A DNA stretch of 64,000 bases from an uncultured Candidatus Entotheonella sp. (GTDB taxonomy: Bacteria; Tectomicrobia; Entotheonellia; Entotheonellales; Entotheonellaceae). The stretch lies in assembly GCA_965215335.1 (NCBI GenBank), contig CBDCDA010000001.1, forward strand, positions 512,001-576,000. Direction: 5' to 3'. The notes under the pieces were generated by a model. That model searched no databases, was not told where the DNA came from, and saw nothing but the letters and a program-made list of their open reading frames with translations. Shown here one piece after another: positions 9,402-20,347 of this stretch. How positions within the stretch are numbered: the first letter of the stretch is position 1; every line of letters starts with the position of its first letter. Made by a program: the position numbers and the translations under genes.

Positions 9402-10862
9402 ATGCTCGTCGCCAAGGTTCAGAGGTTTATCGAAGCCCATGAGTTGTTGCACCTCGGAGCCAAAGTCATCGTGTCGGTCTCCGGCGGTGCAGACTCCGTG
9501 GCTCTGTTGTCCTTGTTGCACCGGCTTGAATCGACCTACCGCCTGACGTTGATCGTTGCCCACGTCAATCATCAGATGCGCGGCAAGGAGGCCGTTCGAG
9601 ATGCCCGGTTTGTCGAACGCTACGCAGACAAATTGGGATTCCCCTTCCACAGCTTTGACGTCGACGTCCAAACCCTGAAACGACGCACCGGCTTGTCACC
9701 GCAGCACGCCGCCCGCCAGTTACGACATGATGCTCTGCAGGCGCTGTTCCGTTCGCTTGCCGCCACCCATATTGCCTTGGGCCATACAGCCGACGACCAG
9801 GCCGAAACCCTGCTCATACGGCTACTCCGCGGCGGCGGTCCTGCGGGCCTGGCGGGCATTCCGGCCAAGCGGATGCCGTTTATTCGTCCGTTGCTCCGGG
9901 TGCATCGGGATTCCATTCTGGCGTATCTCCAGACCGCTGGCATCCCGTGGGTGGAGGACAGCTCAAATACGAATCGAGGCTATTTGCGGAACCGGGTGCG
10001 CCTCGACCTGATGCCCATGTTGCGGGAATATCACCCACACGTTGCCCGGCGGTTGCAGCAGGTGGCCGACATGCTGCGCGCCGACAATGATGTACTCGAG
10101 CAGCAAACCGAGGCTCTGGCAAGACAGGTGCTGAACAGGGGAGTCGGCAAGGCGATGCTTGCCCTGAGGCGCGCGCCATTTACCGCTGCCCCTCTCGCCA
10201 TGCAACGCCGCCTCCTCCGTTACGCCATGGACCGGTTGCCCCTCTCGAACAATGCGGCCGGCTTTCGGGACATGGAAACGCTGCGGCGGTTCGTGATTGA
10301 CGGCGGCAAAGTCGGGCAGCGTTTAGCGCTGGCAGGTCGGTTGATGGCGGAACGGCACAGCGACGTCGTCCTGCTATGGCAGGCCAGAGCGCTGCCACCG
10401 ACTGCTGTATCCGTCCCCCTGCCAGTCCCCGGCACCCTCACCCTGCGCGATCTTGCCTTATCCCTCGCCGCCAGGACGCCTGCCCTCACCCGAGATTGGC
10501 AGGACCGGACACAACCTTACCGGGTCTTTGTGGACTTTGGCGCGCTTCCGTCCCCGCTGTCCATACGATTTCCCCGGCCTGGCGACCGCTTTCATCCCCT
10601 CGGGGCAGCAGGCTCCCAAAAGCTGCAGGATTTCTTTGTCAACCATAAAGTGCCCAAGGCCGCGCGGCCTTACGTTCCTCTGGTACTGACTGGAGCGGAA
10701 ATCCTGTGGGTCGTCGGATATCGAATCGCCGAACCCTTCAAGGTCCGGCCCGAAACACGGCGGATGCTGGAATTGGCGTGCAGTGAAGCAATCCGCCAGG
10801 GCGGGGCAGGGCACACGGAACCCCCGGCGTTGCTTGTCAAGAAAAGAACCGGTGTGTTATGA
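9402..10862 (+). CDS. tilS: tRNA(Ile)-lysidine synthase
   Basis: SGGADS PP-loop, GHTADDQAET, RNRVR, TilS C-terminal domain. Confidence 0.96.
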   Translation: MLVAKVQRFIEAHELLHLGAKVIVSVSGGADSVALLSLLHRLESTYRLTLIVAHVNHQMRGKEAVRDARFVERYADKLGFPFHSFDVDVQTLKRRTGLSPQHAARQLRHDALQALFRSLAATHIALGHTADDQAETLLIRLLRGGGPAGLAGIPAKRMPFIRPLLRVHRDSILAYLQTAGIPWVEDSSNTNRGYLRNRVRLDLMPMLREYHPHVARRLQQVADMLRADNDVLEQQTEALARQVLNRGVGKAMLALRRAPFTAAPLAMQRRLLRYAMDRLPLSNNAAGFRDMETLRRFVIDGGKVGQRLALAGRLMAERHSDVVLLWQARALPPTAVSVPLPVPGTLTLRDLALSLAARTPALTRDWQDRTQPYRVFVDFGALPSPLSIRFPRPGDRFHPLGAAGSQKLQDFFVNHKVPKAARPYVPLVLTGAEILWVVGYRIAEPFKVRPETRRMLELACSEAIRQGGAGHTEPPALLVKKRTGVL

Positions 10863-10863
10863 T
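10834..10863 (+). promoter_or_regulatory. Possible sigma70 promoter for ftsH
   Basis: TTGTCA-N18-TATGAT with a TG extension. Confidence 0.4.
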
Positions 10864-10926
10864 GCGCGCATCGTAAATCGCTGATTAGGCGAGGCTTAAT
10901 TCATCCCGGCGGTTAAGGATCCTCTC

Positions 10927-12795
10927 TTGAGCCAATTCTATCAAAAGCTTGCACTGTGGTTGGTTTTCGGCCTCATCCTTGTCTTCACATGGAGTTATTT
11001 CAATACGGCGGGGCAGCCCATACAGGAAATCTCATACAGCGATTTTGTTGAGGAAGTACGGCAAAATCATGTCCGTGCGGTACACATTCAAGGCGAGGAA
11101 ATCACCGGAGAGTACGTCGGCGGCGAGGGGGCGGACGGCCAGTTCAAAACGTTTGCCCCGGAAGATCCGGACCTGATTCGCTTTCTCCGCGACAGCCGAG
11201 TCGTCATCGAAGTCGAGCCCCCGGAAAAGAATTCCTACCTCGTACAGTTCCTCCTGTCCTGGGCGCCGGTCATGCTCTTGATCGGTCTGTGGGTGTTCTT
11301 CATGCGACAAATGCAAAGTGGGGGCAGCAAGGCGCTATCGTTCGGAAAAAGCCGAGCCCGCTTGCTTTCCGAGCAGAAGAAGAAAGCCACCTTTTCTGAC
11401 GTCGCAGGTGCCGATGAAGCGAAAGCTGAATTGGAAGAGATCATTGATTTTCTGAAGGATCCGCAACGTTTCCAGAAACTGGGAGGGAAAATTCCCAAGG
11501 GCGTTCTGTTGATGGGCCCCCCGGGAACGGGCAAGACGTTGCTGGCGCGAGCGATTGCGGGCGAGGCGAATGTGCCGTTCTTCAGCATCAGCGGCTCGGA
11601 TTTCGTCGAAATGTTTGTGGGTGTGGGCGCCTCCCGCGTGCGAGACCTGTTCGAGCAAGGCAAGAAGCACGCCCCGTGCATCGTGTTTATTGACGAGATC
11701 GACGCGGTTGGGCGCCACCGGGGCGCCGGCTTGGGCGGCGGACACGACGAGCGCGAACAGACGCTGAATCAGCTCTTGGTGGAAATGGATGGTTTCGAGT
11801 CGAACGACGGGGTCATTCTGATCGCCGCGACGAACCGCCCGGACGTCCTTGACCCGGCTCTTTTGCGCCCCGGACGGTTTGACAGACAGGTCGTGGTGTC
11901 ACGGCCGGACGTGCGCGGTCGGGCCGGCATTCTGACCGTGCACACGAAGGACATTCCCCTCGCCAACGACGTCGACTTGGCGGTCTTGGCGCGCGGCACC
12001 CCGGGGTTCTCCGGCGCGGATCTGTCCAATCTTGCCAACGAAGCGGCACTGTTCGCCGCCCGGCATTACAAGGCCCAGGTCGACATGCAGGATTTTGAAA
12101 GCGCCAAGGACAAAGTCATGATGGGTGCTGAACGCCGCAGCATGGTCATCAGCGATGAGGAAAAGAAAGTCACCGCCTACCATGAGGCCGGCCATGCGCT
12201 GGTGGCGAAACTCCTGCCCGGCACCGACCCCATCCACAAGGTCACGATCATTCCGCGAGGCATGGCCCTGGGTGTTACGCAGCAACTCCCCGTGGAAGAA
12301 AAACACGCGTATCCACGTGAATACCTGGTGAACAACCTGCACATCTACATGGGCGGGAGGGCCGCAGAGGAGATCATCTTCAAGGACCCGACAACGGGGG
12401 CCGGCAATGACATCGAGCGGGCAACCGAACTCGCCCGCAAGATGGTCTGCGAGTGGGGCATGAGCGACCGCATGGGCCCCCTGGCCTTTGGGGTGAAGGA
12501 AGAACAGATTTTCCTCGGGCGTGAGATTGCCCAGCACAAGGACTACAGCGAGGTCACGGCCATTGCCATTGATGAAGAAGTCAAACGGCTTGTAAACAAT
12601 GGCTATGAGGGTGCGAAATCCATCCTCTCCGCCAACCTCCACATCCTGCATGCTCTTGCCAAAGCCCTCGTTGAGCACGAAGAACTGAATGCCGACGAAA
12701 TCGCCATACTTGTCGAGGAGTGCAGCAAGTCGAATAACGGCAGCGGCGGCGTCCCTTCCATGTTGCCGAATGCCTCCAACAATACGGTTTCGTGA
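10927..12795 (+). CDS. ftsH: ATP-dependent zinc metalloprotease FtsH
   Basis: 2 TMs, [17 protein letters not shown], second region of homology, HEAGH. Confidence 0.98.
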   Translation: MSQFYQKLALWLVFGLILVFTWSYFNTAGQPIQEISYSDFVEEVRQNHVRAVHIQGEEITGEYVGGEGADGQFKTFAPEDPDLIRFLRDSRVVIEVEPPEKNSYLVQFLLSWAPVMLLIGLWVFFMRQMQSGGSKALSFGKSRARLLSEQKKKATFSDVAGADEAKAELEEIIDFLKDPQRFQKLGGKIPKGVLLMGPPGTGKTLLARAIAGEANVPFFSISGSDFVEMFVGVGASRVRDLFEQGKKHAPCIVFIDEIDAVGRHRGAGLGGGHDEREQTLNQLLVEMDGFESNDGVILIAATNRPDVLDPALLRPGRFDRQVVVSRPDVRGRAGILTVHTKDIPLANDVDLAVLARGTPGFSGADLSNLANEAALFAARHYKAQVDMQDFESAKDKVMMGAERRSMVISDEEKKVTAYHEAGHALVAKLLPGTDPIHKVTIIPRGMALGVTQQLPVEEKHAYPREYLVNNLHIYMGGRAAEEIIFKDPTTGAGNDIERATELARKMVCEWGMSDRMGPLAFGVKEEQIFLGREIAQHKDYSEVTAIAIDEEVKRLVNNGYEGAKSILSANLHILHALAKALVEHEELNADEIAILVEECSKSNNGSGGVPSMLPNASNNTVS

Positions 12796-12855
12796 GAAGA
12801 CAGGGCAAGCCCTTTGGGTCGATCTGCCCGTGGAGGGGGAGGCGAGAGGCACCTT

Positions 12856-14238
12856 ATGGCCGCCAACCTGTTTGGCACAGATGGGGTTCGGGGCGTTGCG
12901 AACCTCGAGCCGATGTCACCGGAATCGGCTATGGCCATCGGGCGGGCGGCGGCTGAAACCCTGACGACTCCGAGCCATGAAGCGAGGGCATGCTTCGTTA
13001 TTGGGCGAGACACCCGTTTATCGGGGACGCTGATCGAGGCCGCTCTGACCGCCGGCCTATGTTCGGCTGGCGTTGACGTGCTGCAACTAGGCGTGATTCC
13101 ATCGGGCGGCGTTGCACATCTGACCCGGCAGCTGCGGGCCGCTGCCGGCATCATGGTTTCGGCCTCCCACAATCCTTATGCCGACAATGGAATCAAATTT
13201 TTTTCGTCGTCAGGGGCCAAGCTCAAAACTGACCTTGAGGAAGAAATCGAGGCCCGCCTGCAAGACTCACCAGATGCCCTCCCGCGTCCGACCGGCAAAG
13301 CGGTCGGTTGTTCCCAGCCTTATTTGCCTGCAGCCCAACATTACACCGATTTTCTGAAATCCACCTTCCGGGGCACATGCCCGGCACAACTTCGTGTTGG
13401 CCTGGACTGCGCGAACGGCGCCGCGTCCCATGTCGCTCCCGCGTTGTTTGAAAAACTGGGAGCTCAGGTTTTGGCGCTGCACACGGCACCGAACGGGGTC
13501 AACATCAATCAGCAGTGCGGCTCACTGCACCCGGAATCACTTCAGCAGCACGTGCTCGCCCGGAAACTGGACGTCGGGTTTGCCTTTGATGGCGACGCTG
13601 ACCGACTCACCGTGGTGGATCACACCGGCACAGCGCTCGACGGTGACAATATCCTCGCCATCTGCGCCGAAATGCTCTCAGAGGCTGGCCACCTCAGGCC
13701 TCGGACTGTCGTAAGTACTGTCATGGCCAACCGGGGCCTGAAGCAGGCCCTGCAGCATTTGGACTGCACGCTGCATACCGTGCAGGTGGGAGATAAACAC
13801 GTCGTGCACGGGATGCGGCAAACGGGTGCCGTCATGGGAGGGGAACCTTCCGGGCACATCATCTTTTCCGGACTTCTCGAAACGAGTGATGGATTGCTTA
13901 CGGCTTTACAACTCTTGCAGGCCATGCAAAAGAGACAGACCGCCATGGCTGACCTCGCCCGAAGTTTTCACAGATTCCCCCAAGTGCTGACCAGCGTCAG
14001 GCTATTCAAGCGCTGCGACCCGCTGAGCCTTCCGGACGTTCGACTTGCCATAGACAATGCCGAACGGGCGTTAGGCGAGGCCGGCCGCGTGCTCGTCCGA
14101 CTTTCCGGGACGGAACCCGTCGTTCGCGTTTTACTGGAAGGGCCGGAGGCTTCGACACTCACGCCCCTAGCCAGCGACATTTGCCAGGCTATCGAGGCCG
14201 AACTGGGCGCGCCACAGAACCCGTTTGCAGATTGTTGA
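12856..14238 (+). CDS. glmM: Phosphoglucosamine mutase
   Basis: FGTDGVRG, SASHNP, DGDADR, RLSGTEP. Confidence 0.95.
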   Translation: MAANLFGTDGVRGVANLEPMSPESAMAIGRAAAETLTTPSHEARACFVIGRDTRLSGTLIEAALTAGLCSAGVDVLQLGVIPSGGVAHLTRQLRAAAGIMVSASHNPYADNGIKFFSSSGAKLKTDLEEEIEARLQDSPDALPRPTGKAVGCSQPYLPAAQHYTDFLKSTFRGTCPAQLRVGLDCANGAASHVAPALFEKLGAQVLALHTAPNGVNINQQCGSLHPESLQQHVLARKLDVGFAFDGDADRLTVVDHTGTALDGDNILAICAEMLSEAGHLRPRTVVSTVMANRGLKQALQHLDCTLHTVQVGDKHVVHGMRQTGAVMGGEPSGHIIFSGLLETSDGLLTALQLLQAMQKRQTAMADLARSFHRFPQVLTSVRLFKRCDPLSLPDVRLAIDNAERALGEAGRVLVRLSGTEPVVRVLLEGPEASTLTPLASDICQAIEAELGAPQNPFADC

Positions 14239-14244
14239 AGTGTC

Positions 14245-14718
14245 ATGTCCCCTATTCTCGAACGGCGCTGGCACACATCGTGTACGGAAGAAACTAGGGC
14301 GTTGGGTGTTTACCTGGGGCACCGCGCTTGCGGCGGCGATGTCATTACATGCTCCGGACCGCTGGGGGCAGGCAAAACGACGCTTGTGCAAGGATTTGCC
14401 GAGGGTCTGGGCATCCGTTCCGCCGTCTACGTGCGCAGCCCGACATTCACCTTGGTAAATGAATACCAAGGCTCTGTACCCCTTTATCATTTCGACTTCT
14501 ACCGGCTTGCAAATCCCGGCGAAGTTTGGGACCTCGGCTTCGAAGAATATCTCGAGTCGGGAGGCGTCGTGATCGTCGAATGGGCCGACAAATTTCCATC
14601 TCTTCTCTCGGTATCACCACTCCAAGTTCGCATTGAGATCGCACCGTCCGACCGCCGCACCGTACAATGCACGTCGCATGACAATACCTACGCGAGGTAT
14701 TTCCGGTCTTCCTGCTGA
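14245..14718 (+). CDS. tsaE: t6A biosynthesis ATPase TsaE
   Basis: GPLGAGKTT, SPTFTLVNEY, HFDFYRL, VEWA. Confidence 0.95.
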   Translation: MSPILERRWHTSCTEETRALGVYLGHRACGGDVITCSGPLGAGKTTLVQGFAEGLGIRSAVYVRSPTFTLVNEYQGSVPLYHFDFYRLANPGEVWDLGFEEYLESGGVVIVEWADKFPSLLSVSPLQVRIEIAPSDRRTVQCTSHDNTYARYFRSSC

Positions 14719-14733
14719 GAGGTTGTTCCACGG

Positions 14734-15291
14734 ATGAAATGGTATGTTGCGGGCGCCTTATGCGCGCTGGCGGTCGTGCTGACCCTCGGGGGCCACTTCC
14801 AGTTCTCGTTTCCCAGTCGCTCCGAGAAGCCCGAGCGTTCGGCTCCGTTGCCGAACGGCGGTCCGCCGAGCATGTGGGTGCAGGATGTCTTTGTTGTCGA
14901 ACAGGCGATTGCCGAAAAATCAAAATCATGGGAACTGTTGGCGAAGGAAATCGCATTTTACGACACCACACGGCTGGCGCTTGTGAAGCAATTGCAGGCC
15001 GAATTGTTTCCGCACGACGTTGAGCCGTTGCATTTGACCGCTGAGCGCGGCCGGATTAACAGTTCTACTGGAGACATGACCGTTGAAGGACGCGTCGTGC
15101 TTCGTCCCCTTTGGGGATACGACCTCGAAACGACAATACTCCATTGGGATGCGGCGAGCCGCAGGTTACACACGGACGCGGAAGTGAGGATCAGCACCGA
15201 AACGATAGATATTGTGGGCACGGGTTTTTCAGGCAGCGTGGATCAGCAACGCTTTGCTCTGCAACGACAGGTCAAGGTCTCTTTTCATTGA
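14734..15291 (+). CDS. lptC: LPS export protein LptC
   Basis: N-terminal TM plus beta-jellyroll-like pattern; first gene of the lptCAB order. Confidence 0.75.
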   Translation: MKWYVAGALCALAVVLTLGGHFQFSFPSRSEKPERSAPLPNGGPPSMWVQDVFVVEQAIAEKSKSWELLAKEIAFYDTTRLALVKQLQAELFPHDVEPLHLTAERGRINSSTGDMTVEGRVVLRPLWGYDLETTILHWDAASRRLHTDAEVRISTETIDIVGTGFSGSVDQQRFALQRQVKVSFH

Positions 15292-15323
15292 CCGAGGCGT
15301 TTGCGGCGGGTAGGAGGTAGAGG

Positions 15324-15854
15324 ATGCCATGGCGACGCATTGCCGTCCTGGTGGCGGCGGTAATGGCGCTTCCTGTATGCATCGCAAGTCAGACGCGATC
15401 TGAGAAGTCGCCCCTTTCGGAGCGTTTGCAACAATCGGACTGCGAAGGGCCCGAGGCCGCTTTGGACGTAACTTCGGAACAGATGACGTTCGACCGCGAT
15501 ACCCATACGTTCATATTCAGGAAAAAGGTCCGCGTAAAGCGCTGCAGCCTCACAATCGACTGCGACCATTTACGCGTCATCCAGGATGCCGATGAAAACG
15601 AGATCAAGCATATCATTGCCACGGGAAACGTGCGATTCCAGGATGGCGCCCAGCACGCCGTCGCCGAACGCGCCGATTACTACGAAGCCGATCAGAAGCT
15701 GGTTCTGGTGGGTAACCCCCGTGCCTGGGACAGCGACAAACAGAATGAATTGATTGGCGATGAGATTATCGTTTTCCTGGGAGAGGAGAGACTTGTCGTC
15801 AAGGGCGCCCGCGTCCGTTTCCACCCCGACCCATCGCCCGGCAGTGAGCCATGA
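15324..15854 (+). CDS. lptA: LPS transport periplasmic protein LptA
   Basis: Signal peptide, IIATGNV, AERADY, LVGNP; directly before lptB. Confidence 0.85.
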   Translation: MPWRRIAVLVAAVMALPVCIASQTRSEKSPLSERLQQSDCEGPEAALDVTSEQMTFDRDTHTFIFRKKVRVKRCSLTIDCDHLRVIQDADENEIKHIIATGNVRFQDGAQHAVAERADYYEADQKLVLVGNPRAWDSDKQNELIGDEIIVFLGEERLVVKGARVRFHPDPSPGSEP

Positions 15855-16600
15855 AACCGCCGCAAGGACATCTGACAACACACGGAATCTGGAAAATGTA
15901 TCGGGGCCGTGCTGTTGTGCAGGACGTCAGCATCGACGTAAAGGCTGGGGAGATCGTCGGCCTGTTGGGACCCAACGGCGCCGGCAAGACGACGACGTTT
16001 TACACGGTCGTGGGCTTGATTCGCCCGGACAAAGGCACCGTGTGCCTGGAGGGGAAGGCGCTGACGCATCTGCCGATGCATCAGCGGTCGCGTCTGGGAA
16101 TCGGCTATCTGCCGCAGGAAGCCTCCATTTTTCGCAAGATGACGGTTGCCGAGAATATCCTGGCCATTCTTGAAACGGTTTCCGGCAACCGCGCTGAACA
16201 CCGACGACGACTGGAAGAACTTTTGACGGAATTCCGCTTGACAGCCCTGCGAGACACGCCCGGGCAGACGTTATCGGGGGGCGAACGGCGCCGGGTGGAG
16301 TTGGCCCGCCTGCTTGCCACATCCCCCCGTTTTGTCCTGCTGGACGAGCCCTTTGCCGGTATTGATCCGATTATGGTAAATGACATCCAGACCTTTGTTT
16401 CCACCTTGAAGAAGAAGGGGATTGGCATATTGATTACGGATCACCGGGTGCAGGAAACGCTCAAGATCACCGACAGAGCCTACATCCTGCACGACGGCTG
16501 CGTGTTGTATGACGGCACCCCCGTAGAACTGGTGGAAAATGCCGAGGTCAGGCAGATATACCTGGGGGAAGGGTTCAATCTGTCTTATAAGCTGTTATGA
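15851..16600 (+). CDS. lptB: LPS export ABC ATPase LptB
   Basis: [36 protein letters not shown]. Confidence 0.96.
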   Translation: MKPPQGHLTTHGIWKMYRGRAVVQDVSIDVKAGEIVGLLGPNGAGKTTTFYTVVGLIRPDKGTVCLEGKALTHLPMHQRSRLGIGYLPQEASIFRKMTVAENILAILETVSGNRAEHRRRLEELLTEFRLTALRDTPGQTLSGGERRRVELARLLATSPRFVLLDEPFAGIDPIMVNDIQTFVSTLKKKGIGILITDHRVQETLKITDRAYILHDGCVLYDGTPVELVENAEVRQIYLGEGFNLSYKLL

Positions 16601-16619
16601 GACAGCCTGAGGTCAGACC

Positions 16620-18035
16620 GTGGCACTGGAAGCAAAGCTATCGCTAAGAACTGCGCAAAGGCTGGTCATGACGGCGGCGCTGCAGCAGGCGATCAAACTC
16701 CTGCCGCTGTCGCGCCTGGAATTGATACAGAGAATCCAACAAGAAATGCTTGAGAATCCGTTTCTTGAGGAGGTTGCGACACATGAAGAATCTGACAGCG
16801 ACCTGGCAAAAAAGGAAACTGTCGAAACGCCCCTCGATGATGGACGCCAGGATTTTGAAACAGACTGGGAGGTCTATCTGCAGGAGGGGAACTATGAGAA
16901 TTTCCCCACCGAGAACGGCAGAGACGTTCCCTCACTCGAATCCGCACTAAGCAACGAAACCTCGTTAACAGACCACCTCATGTGGCAACTATCCCTGTCC
17001 GTGCAAAGCGGTTTGGAAAAGCAGATCGGCATTTATCTCATTGGCAACATCGACGACAACGGCTACCTGAACTGCCAGGCCGAAGAAGTGTCGGAAATTT
17101 TCGGAGTGCCATGCGCCGAGGTCGAAGATGTCTTGGAGGTCATTCAAGGCTTTGACCCTGCGGGGGTGGGCGCGCGAGACTTGCGTGAATGCCTGCTCAT
17201 TCAACTCCGGCAGCTCGATATGGAGGATTCCCTGGCGTCCTGTATCATCCGTCACCATCTCGATCAGATCGATGAACGCCACTTCAGGAAGATCGCCAAA
17301 GACCTCCGTGTCCCGCTGGAGGCGGTGCTCGCCGCGGTCCGGGTCATCCGTGAACTCGACCCGAAACCCGGCAATCGATACGTCCCCGGCCGGGTCGAGT
17401 ATATCGTGCCCGACGTATACGTCGTAAAGGTTGGAGACGACTACCAGGTCATGCTTAACGACGACGACGTGCCCAAGCTGAACATTAACGCGCAGTATCA
17501 ACGGCTGCTGCGCCGTGACAATGGGCTGCAAGAGGAGGCGAAGGATTATCTGGAAGAGAAGTTCCGGTCGGCGGTGTGGCTCGTGAAGGGTATCGAACAG
17601 CGCCGGCAGACCCTTATGAGGGTCTCCAGAAGCTTGTGCATGTTTCAACGGGATTTCCTCGACAAAGGCTTGGCGTACCTGAATCCACTGGTCTTGAAAG
17701 ATGTGGCTGATGACATCGGCATGCATGAATCAACGGTGAGCCGGGTAACGACGAACAAATATATCCATACGCCCCAGGGGGTCTTCGAGCTCAAGTTCTT
17801 CTTCCACAGCGGCTTGAAATCTTTCGAGGGGGACGCCATGTCCTCCGTTAGCGTCAAGGATACCATCCGCAAGATGGTAGGGGCCGAGAATTCCCGCAAA
17901 CCCTTGACCGACCAACAACTCGTGGCCATGTTGGAAGATAAGAACATCAATATCGCCCGGCGCACGGTTGCAAAATACCGCCAGGAGCTGCACATTCCGC
18001 CTGCCAGTCGCCGCAGGCGACTTTTTGACGCCTGA
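16620..18035 (+). CDS. rpoN: RNA polymerase sigma-54 factor
   Basis: LQQAIKLL, HESTVSR, RpoN box ARRTVAKYR. Confidence 0.97.
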   Translation: MALEAKLSLRTAQRLVMTAALQQAIKLLPLSRLELIQRIQQEMLENPFLEEVATHEESDSDLAKKETVETPLDDGRQDFETDWEVYLQEGNYENFPTENGRDVPSLESALSNETSLTDHLMWQLSLSVQSGLEKQIGIYLIGNIDDNGYLNCQAEEVSEIFGVPCAEVEDVLEVIQGFDPAGVGARDLRECLLIQLRQLDMEDSLASCIIRHHLDQIDERHFRKIAKDLRVPLEAVLAAVRVIRELDPKPGNRYVPGRVEYIVPDVYVVKVGDDYQVMLNDDDVPKLNINAQYQRLLRRDNGLQEEAKDYLEEKFRSAVWLVKGIEQRRQTLMRVSRSLCMFQRDFLDKGLAYLNPLVLKDVADDIGMHESTVSRVTTNKYIHTPQGVFELKFFFHSGLKSFEGDAMSSVSVKDTIRKMVGAENSRKPLTDQQLVAMLEDKNINIARRTVAKYRQELHIPPASRRRRLFDA

Positions 18036-18050
18036 GTTCCGCCGTCCCCG

Positions 18051-19388
18051 GTGCTCCAGATGCAGGTAAAGAAATCAATGTCACCGCCTACCGTTGCCAT
18101 CGTTGGACGCCCCAACGTGGGCAAATCCACCCTGTTTAACCGCATCATTGGCCGACACGCCGCCTTGGTGAACAAGGCCGCCGGGGTGACGCGAGACCGC
18201 CATTATGGCCTGGCAGAATGGCTTGGGCGTTCCTTTCGTCTCGTTGATACGGGCGGCATTATGCCTACCGAGACGAACCACCTTTTGGAAGCCGTTCACG
18301 ACCAGACCCTCCTGGCCATCGCCGAGGCCGACGTCGTTCTCTTCGTGCTCGACAGTCGAGAGGAAATCACCGCTGCCGATCAGGATATTGCGCTGCAATT
18401 GCACAAAGTCGGCAAGACTGTTCTACTCGTCGGCAACAAGGCCGAAAGGGCAACTGCAGACGCGGAGCTACTCCCCCTCCATCGCCTGGGTTTCGGTGCT
18501 CCGCATTGGGTGTCCGCCGAGCATGGTCAAGGCTTGGGCGATTTGCTTGACGCGGTCTTAACGGTTCTGCCGCCTGCCTCGGACCATGACGGCGCTTCTC
18601 CAGGCGTGCCGGTTGCCATCGTTGGCAGGCCAAATGTTGGCAAGTCGTCGCTGGTCAACCGCATCTTGCGGGAGGACCGCCTGTTGGTGGATGACGTGCC
18701 TGGCACCACACGAGACGCGATAGATACCCAGGTTCGCATCAATTCACAGTCTTATACCTTGGTTGATACGGCCGGCATGCGCAAGCCACGTCGTATTGGC
18801 GCCGGGCTCGAGAAAGCGACTGTGGCAGTTACCCTGAACCGCATCCAGCATTGCGAAGTAGCCGTTCTGATGCTGGACGCCACGACAGAAGTAGGCGAAC
18901 AGGATGTCCGGATTGCCAGCTACATCGAGCGCCAGGGCAAGGCGTGCGTCATCGTCATCAACAAGTGGGATGCCATCGACAAGACGCCTCAGACATATGA
19001 CGTTTCCGTACGCGCCATTCGTGAGACCGTTCCCTTCATGTCACACGCGCCGGTCGTGACCATCTCGGCCTTGAGCGGCATGCGGACAGCCAAGCTGTTT
19101 CCGCTGATTGATACGGTTGTCGAGGCGTCAAAGCGCCGGATACCAACAGCCAGACTGAACGAATGCTTAAAGGCTGTCACCCGTCAGCATCCGCCAGCGG
19201 CGTATCGCGGGAAATTCGTGAAATTCTCCTTTGCCGTACAAACAGCGAGTCAACCTCCGACCTTTCTGTGTTTCGTAAATCATCCTCAGGGCATCAAAGG
19301 TTATTACCAGCGGTATTTGGAGAATCAACTTCGACAACACTTTGCGTTTGCCGGCACCCCGATTCGCTTGCATCTGAGACACAAATAA
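18051..19388 (+). CDS. der: Ribosome biogenesis GTPase Der (EngA)
   Basis: Two GRPNVGKS G-domains and a C-terminal KH-like domain; true start may be ATG 18078. Confidence 0.96.
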   Translation: MLQMQVKKSMSPPTVAIVGRPNVGKSTLFNRIIGRHAALVNKAAGVTRDRHYGLAEWLGRSFRLVDTGGIMPTETNHLLEAVHDQTLLAIAEADVVLFVLDSREEITAADQDIALQLHKVGKTVLLVGNKAERATADAELLPLHRLGFGAPHWVSAEHGQGLGDLLDAVLTVLPPASDHDGASPGVPVAIVGRPNVGKSSLVNRILREDRLLVDDVPGTTRDAIDTQVRINSQSYTLVDTAGMRKPRRIGAGLEKATVAVTLNRIQHCEVAVLMLDATTEVGEQDVRIASYIERQGKACVIVINKWDAIDKTPQTYDVSVRAIRETVPFMSHAPVVTISALSGMRTAKLFPLIDTVVEASKRRIPTARLNECLKAVTRQHPPAAYRGKFVKFSFAVQTASQPPTFLCFVNHPQGIKGYYQRYLENQLRQHFAFAGTPIRLHLRHK

Positions 19389-19433
19389 GACTCCGGCCGG
19401 CTACCCGTACAAATTTGTGAAGGCCCTGCCAAA

Positions 19434-19462
19434 TTGACAGAACCGGGGGCAGGTGGTAAGGT
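19434..19462 (+). promoter_or_regulatory. Sigma70-type promoter upstream of MerR/tRNA-Pro
   Basis: TTGACA-N17-TAAGGT with a TG extension. Confidence 0.55.
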
Positions 19463-19538
19463 CCCTCCCACTTCGAGCAGAACAAGGCAGCCAAATTTTC
19501 GGATCAGGTAACAACAACCGGACGGATTTTGTTTGGCA

Positions 19539-19973
19539 ATGAACCCCTTTTTCAAAATTGGCGAAGTTGCAAGGCTGCTCGGCGTAAAGCCGCATGTGTT
19601 GCGGTATTGGGAATCGGAGTTCCCCTGCTTAAAACCAAAAAAGAATCCCTCCGGGCAACGTCTGTACGCCAAAGCGGACATTGATACGCTCATGGAGATC
19701 AAGACCCTTCTTCACACGGATTGCTATACGATTTCCGGGGCGAGGCAAATGTTGGCCTACCAACGCAGTTCGTCCCACAACGATACCCGCAAGGCAATTT
19801 CTGGAACGCTTCATGAAACGGACAACGGCTTGCCAAATCAGCAGGAGAGGGATGAGCCTGGCAGTCTTGCTGCCGGCATGCCGACGCCCTCAGACCTTGG
19901 AGCAGCACTTGCACTGTTGAAGAAAAACATCCATGAAATGATGGTCTTGTTGCAGAAGAAACATCCCATATGA
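19539..19973 (+). CDS. MerR-family HTH regulator
   Basis: FKIGEVARLLGVKPHVLRYWESEF, GQRLY, YTISGAR; the type commonly found just before tRNA-Pro. Confidence 0.9.
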   Translation: MNPFFKIGEVARLLGVKPHVLRYWESEFPCLKPKKNPSGQRLYAKADIDTLMEIKTLLHTDCYTISGARQMLAYQRSSSHNDTRKAISGTLHETDNGLPNQQERDEPGSLAAGMPTPSDLGAALALLKKNIHEMMVLLQKKHPI

Positions 19974-19974
19974 T

Positions 19975-20048
19975 CGGGGCGTGGCGCAGCCTGGTAGCGC
20001 ACTTGCATGGGGTGCAAGGAGTCGGAGGTTCAAATCCTCTCGCCCCGA
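19975..20048 (+). tRNA. tRNA-Pro (GGG)
   Basis: CGGGGCG/CGCCCCG acceptor stem; anticodon arm CTTGC-ATGGGGT-GCAAG. Confidence 0.95.
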
Positions 20049-20095
20049 TTCTCTTTGGCATGCAGAGATTCGACAATTTTTTGAAGCACATGAAT

Positions 20096-20169
20096 CGGGG
20101 CGTAGCGCAGCTTGGTAGCGCGCCTGCTTCGGGAGCAGGAGGTCGGAAGTTCAAATCTTCTCGCCCCGA
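20096..20169 (+). tRNA. tRNA-Pro (CGG)
   Basis: CGGGGCG/CGCCCCG acceptor stem; anticodon arm CCTGC-TTCGGGA-GCAGG. Confidence 0.95.
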
Positions 20170-20347
20170 TCATGCCTTGGTATTGCACAGAAGGCCTTTC
20201 AGCGCCGTGGTGGTATCGCCACCGCGGTCCCAAAAGAGCATGCCTACCCGGAAATTTTCCTCCTTCTTTCCCCTCAGCTTCGAGAGACCGCTTCGGTTCC
20301 GTTCCGCTAAAGCGCATCGTTGAAATCCAAAAGGGGAGGAGGGGCCC

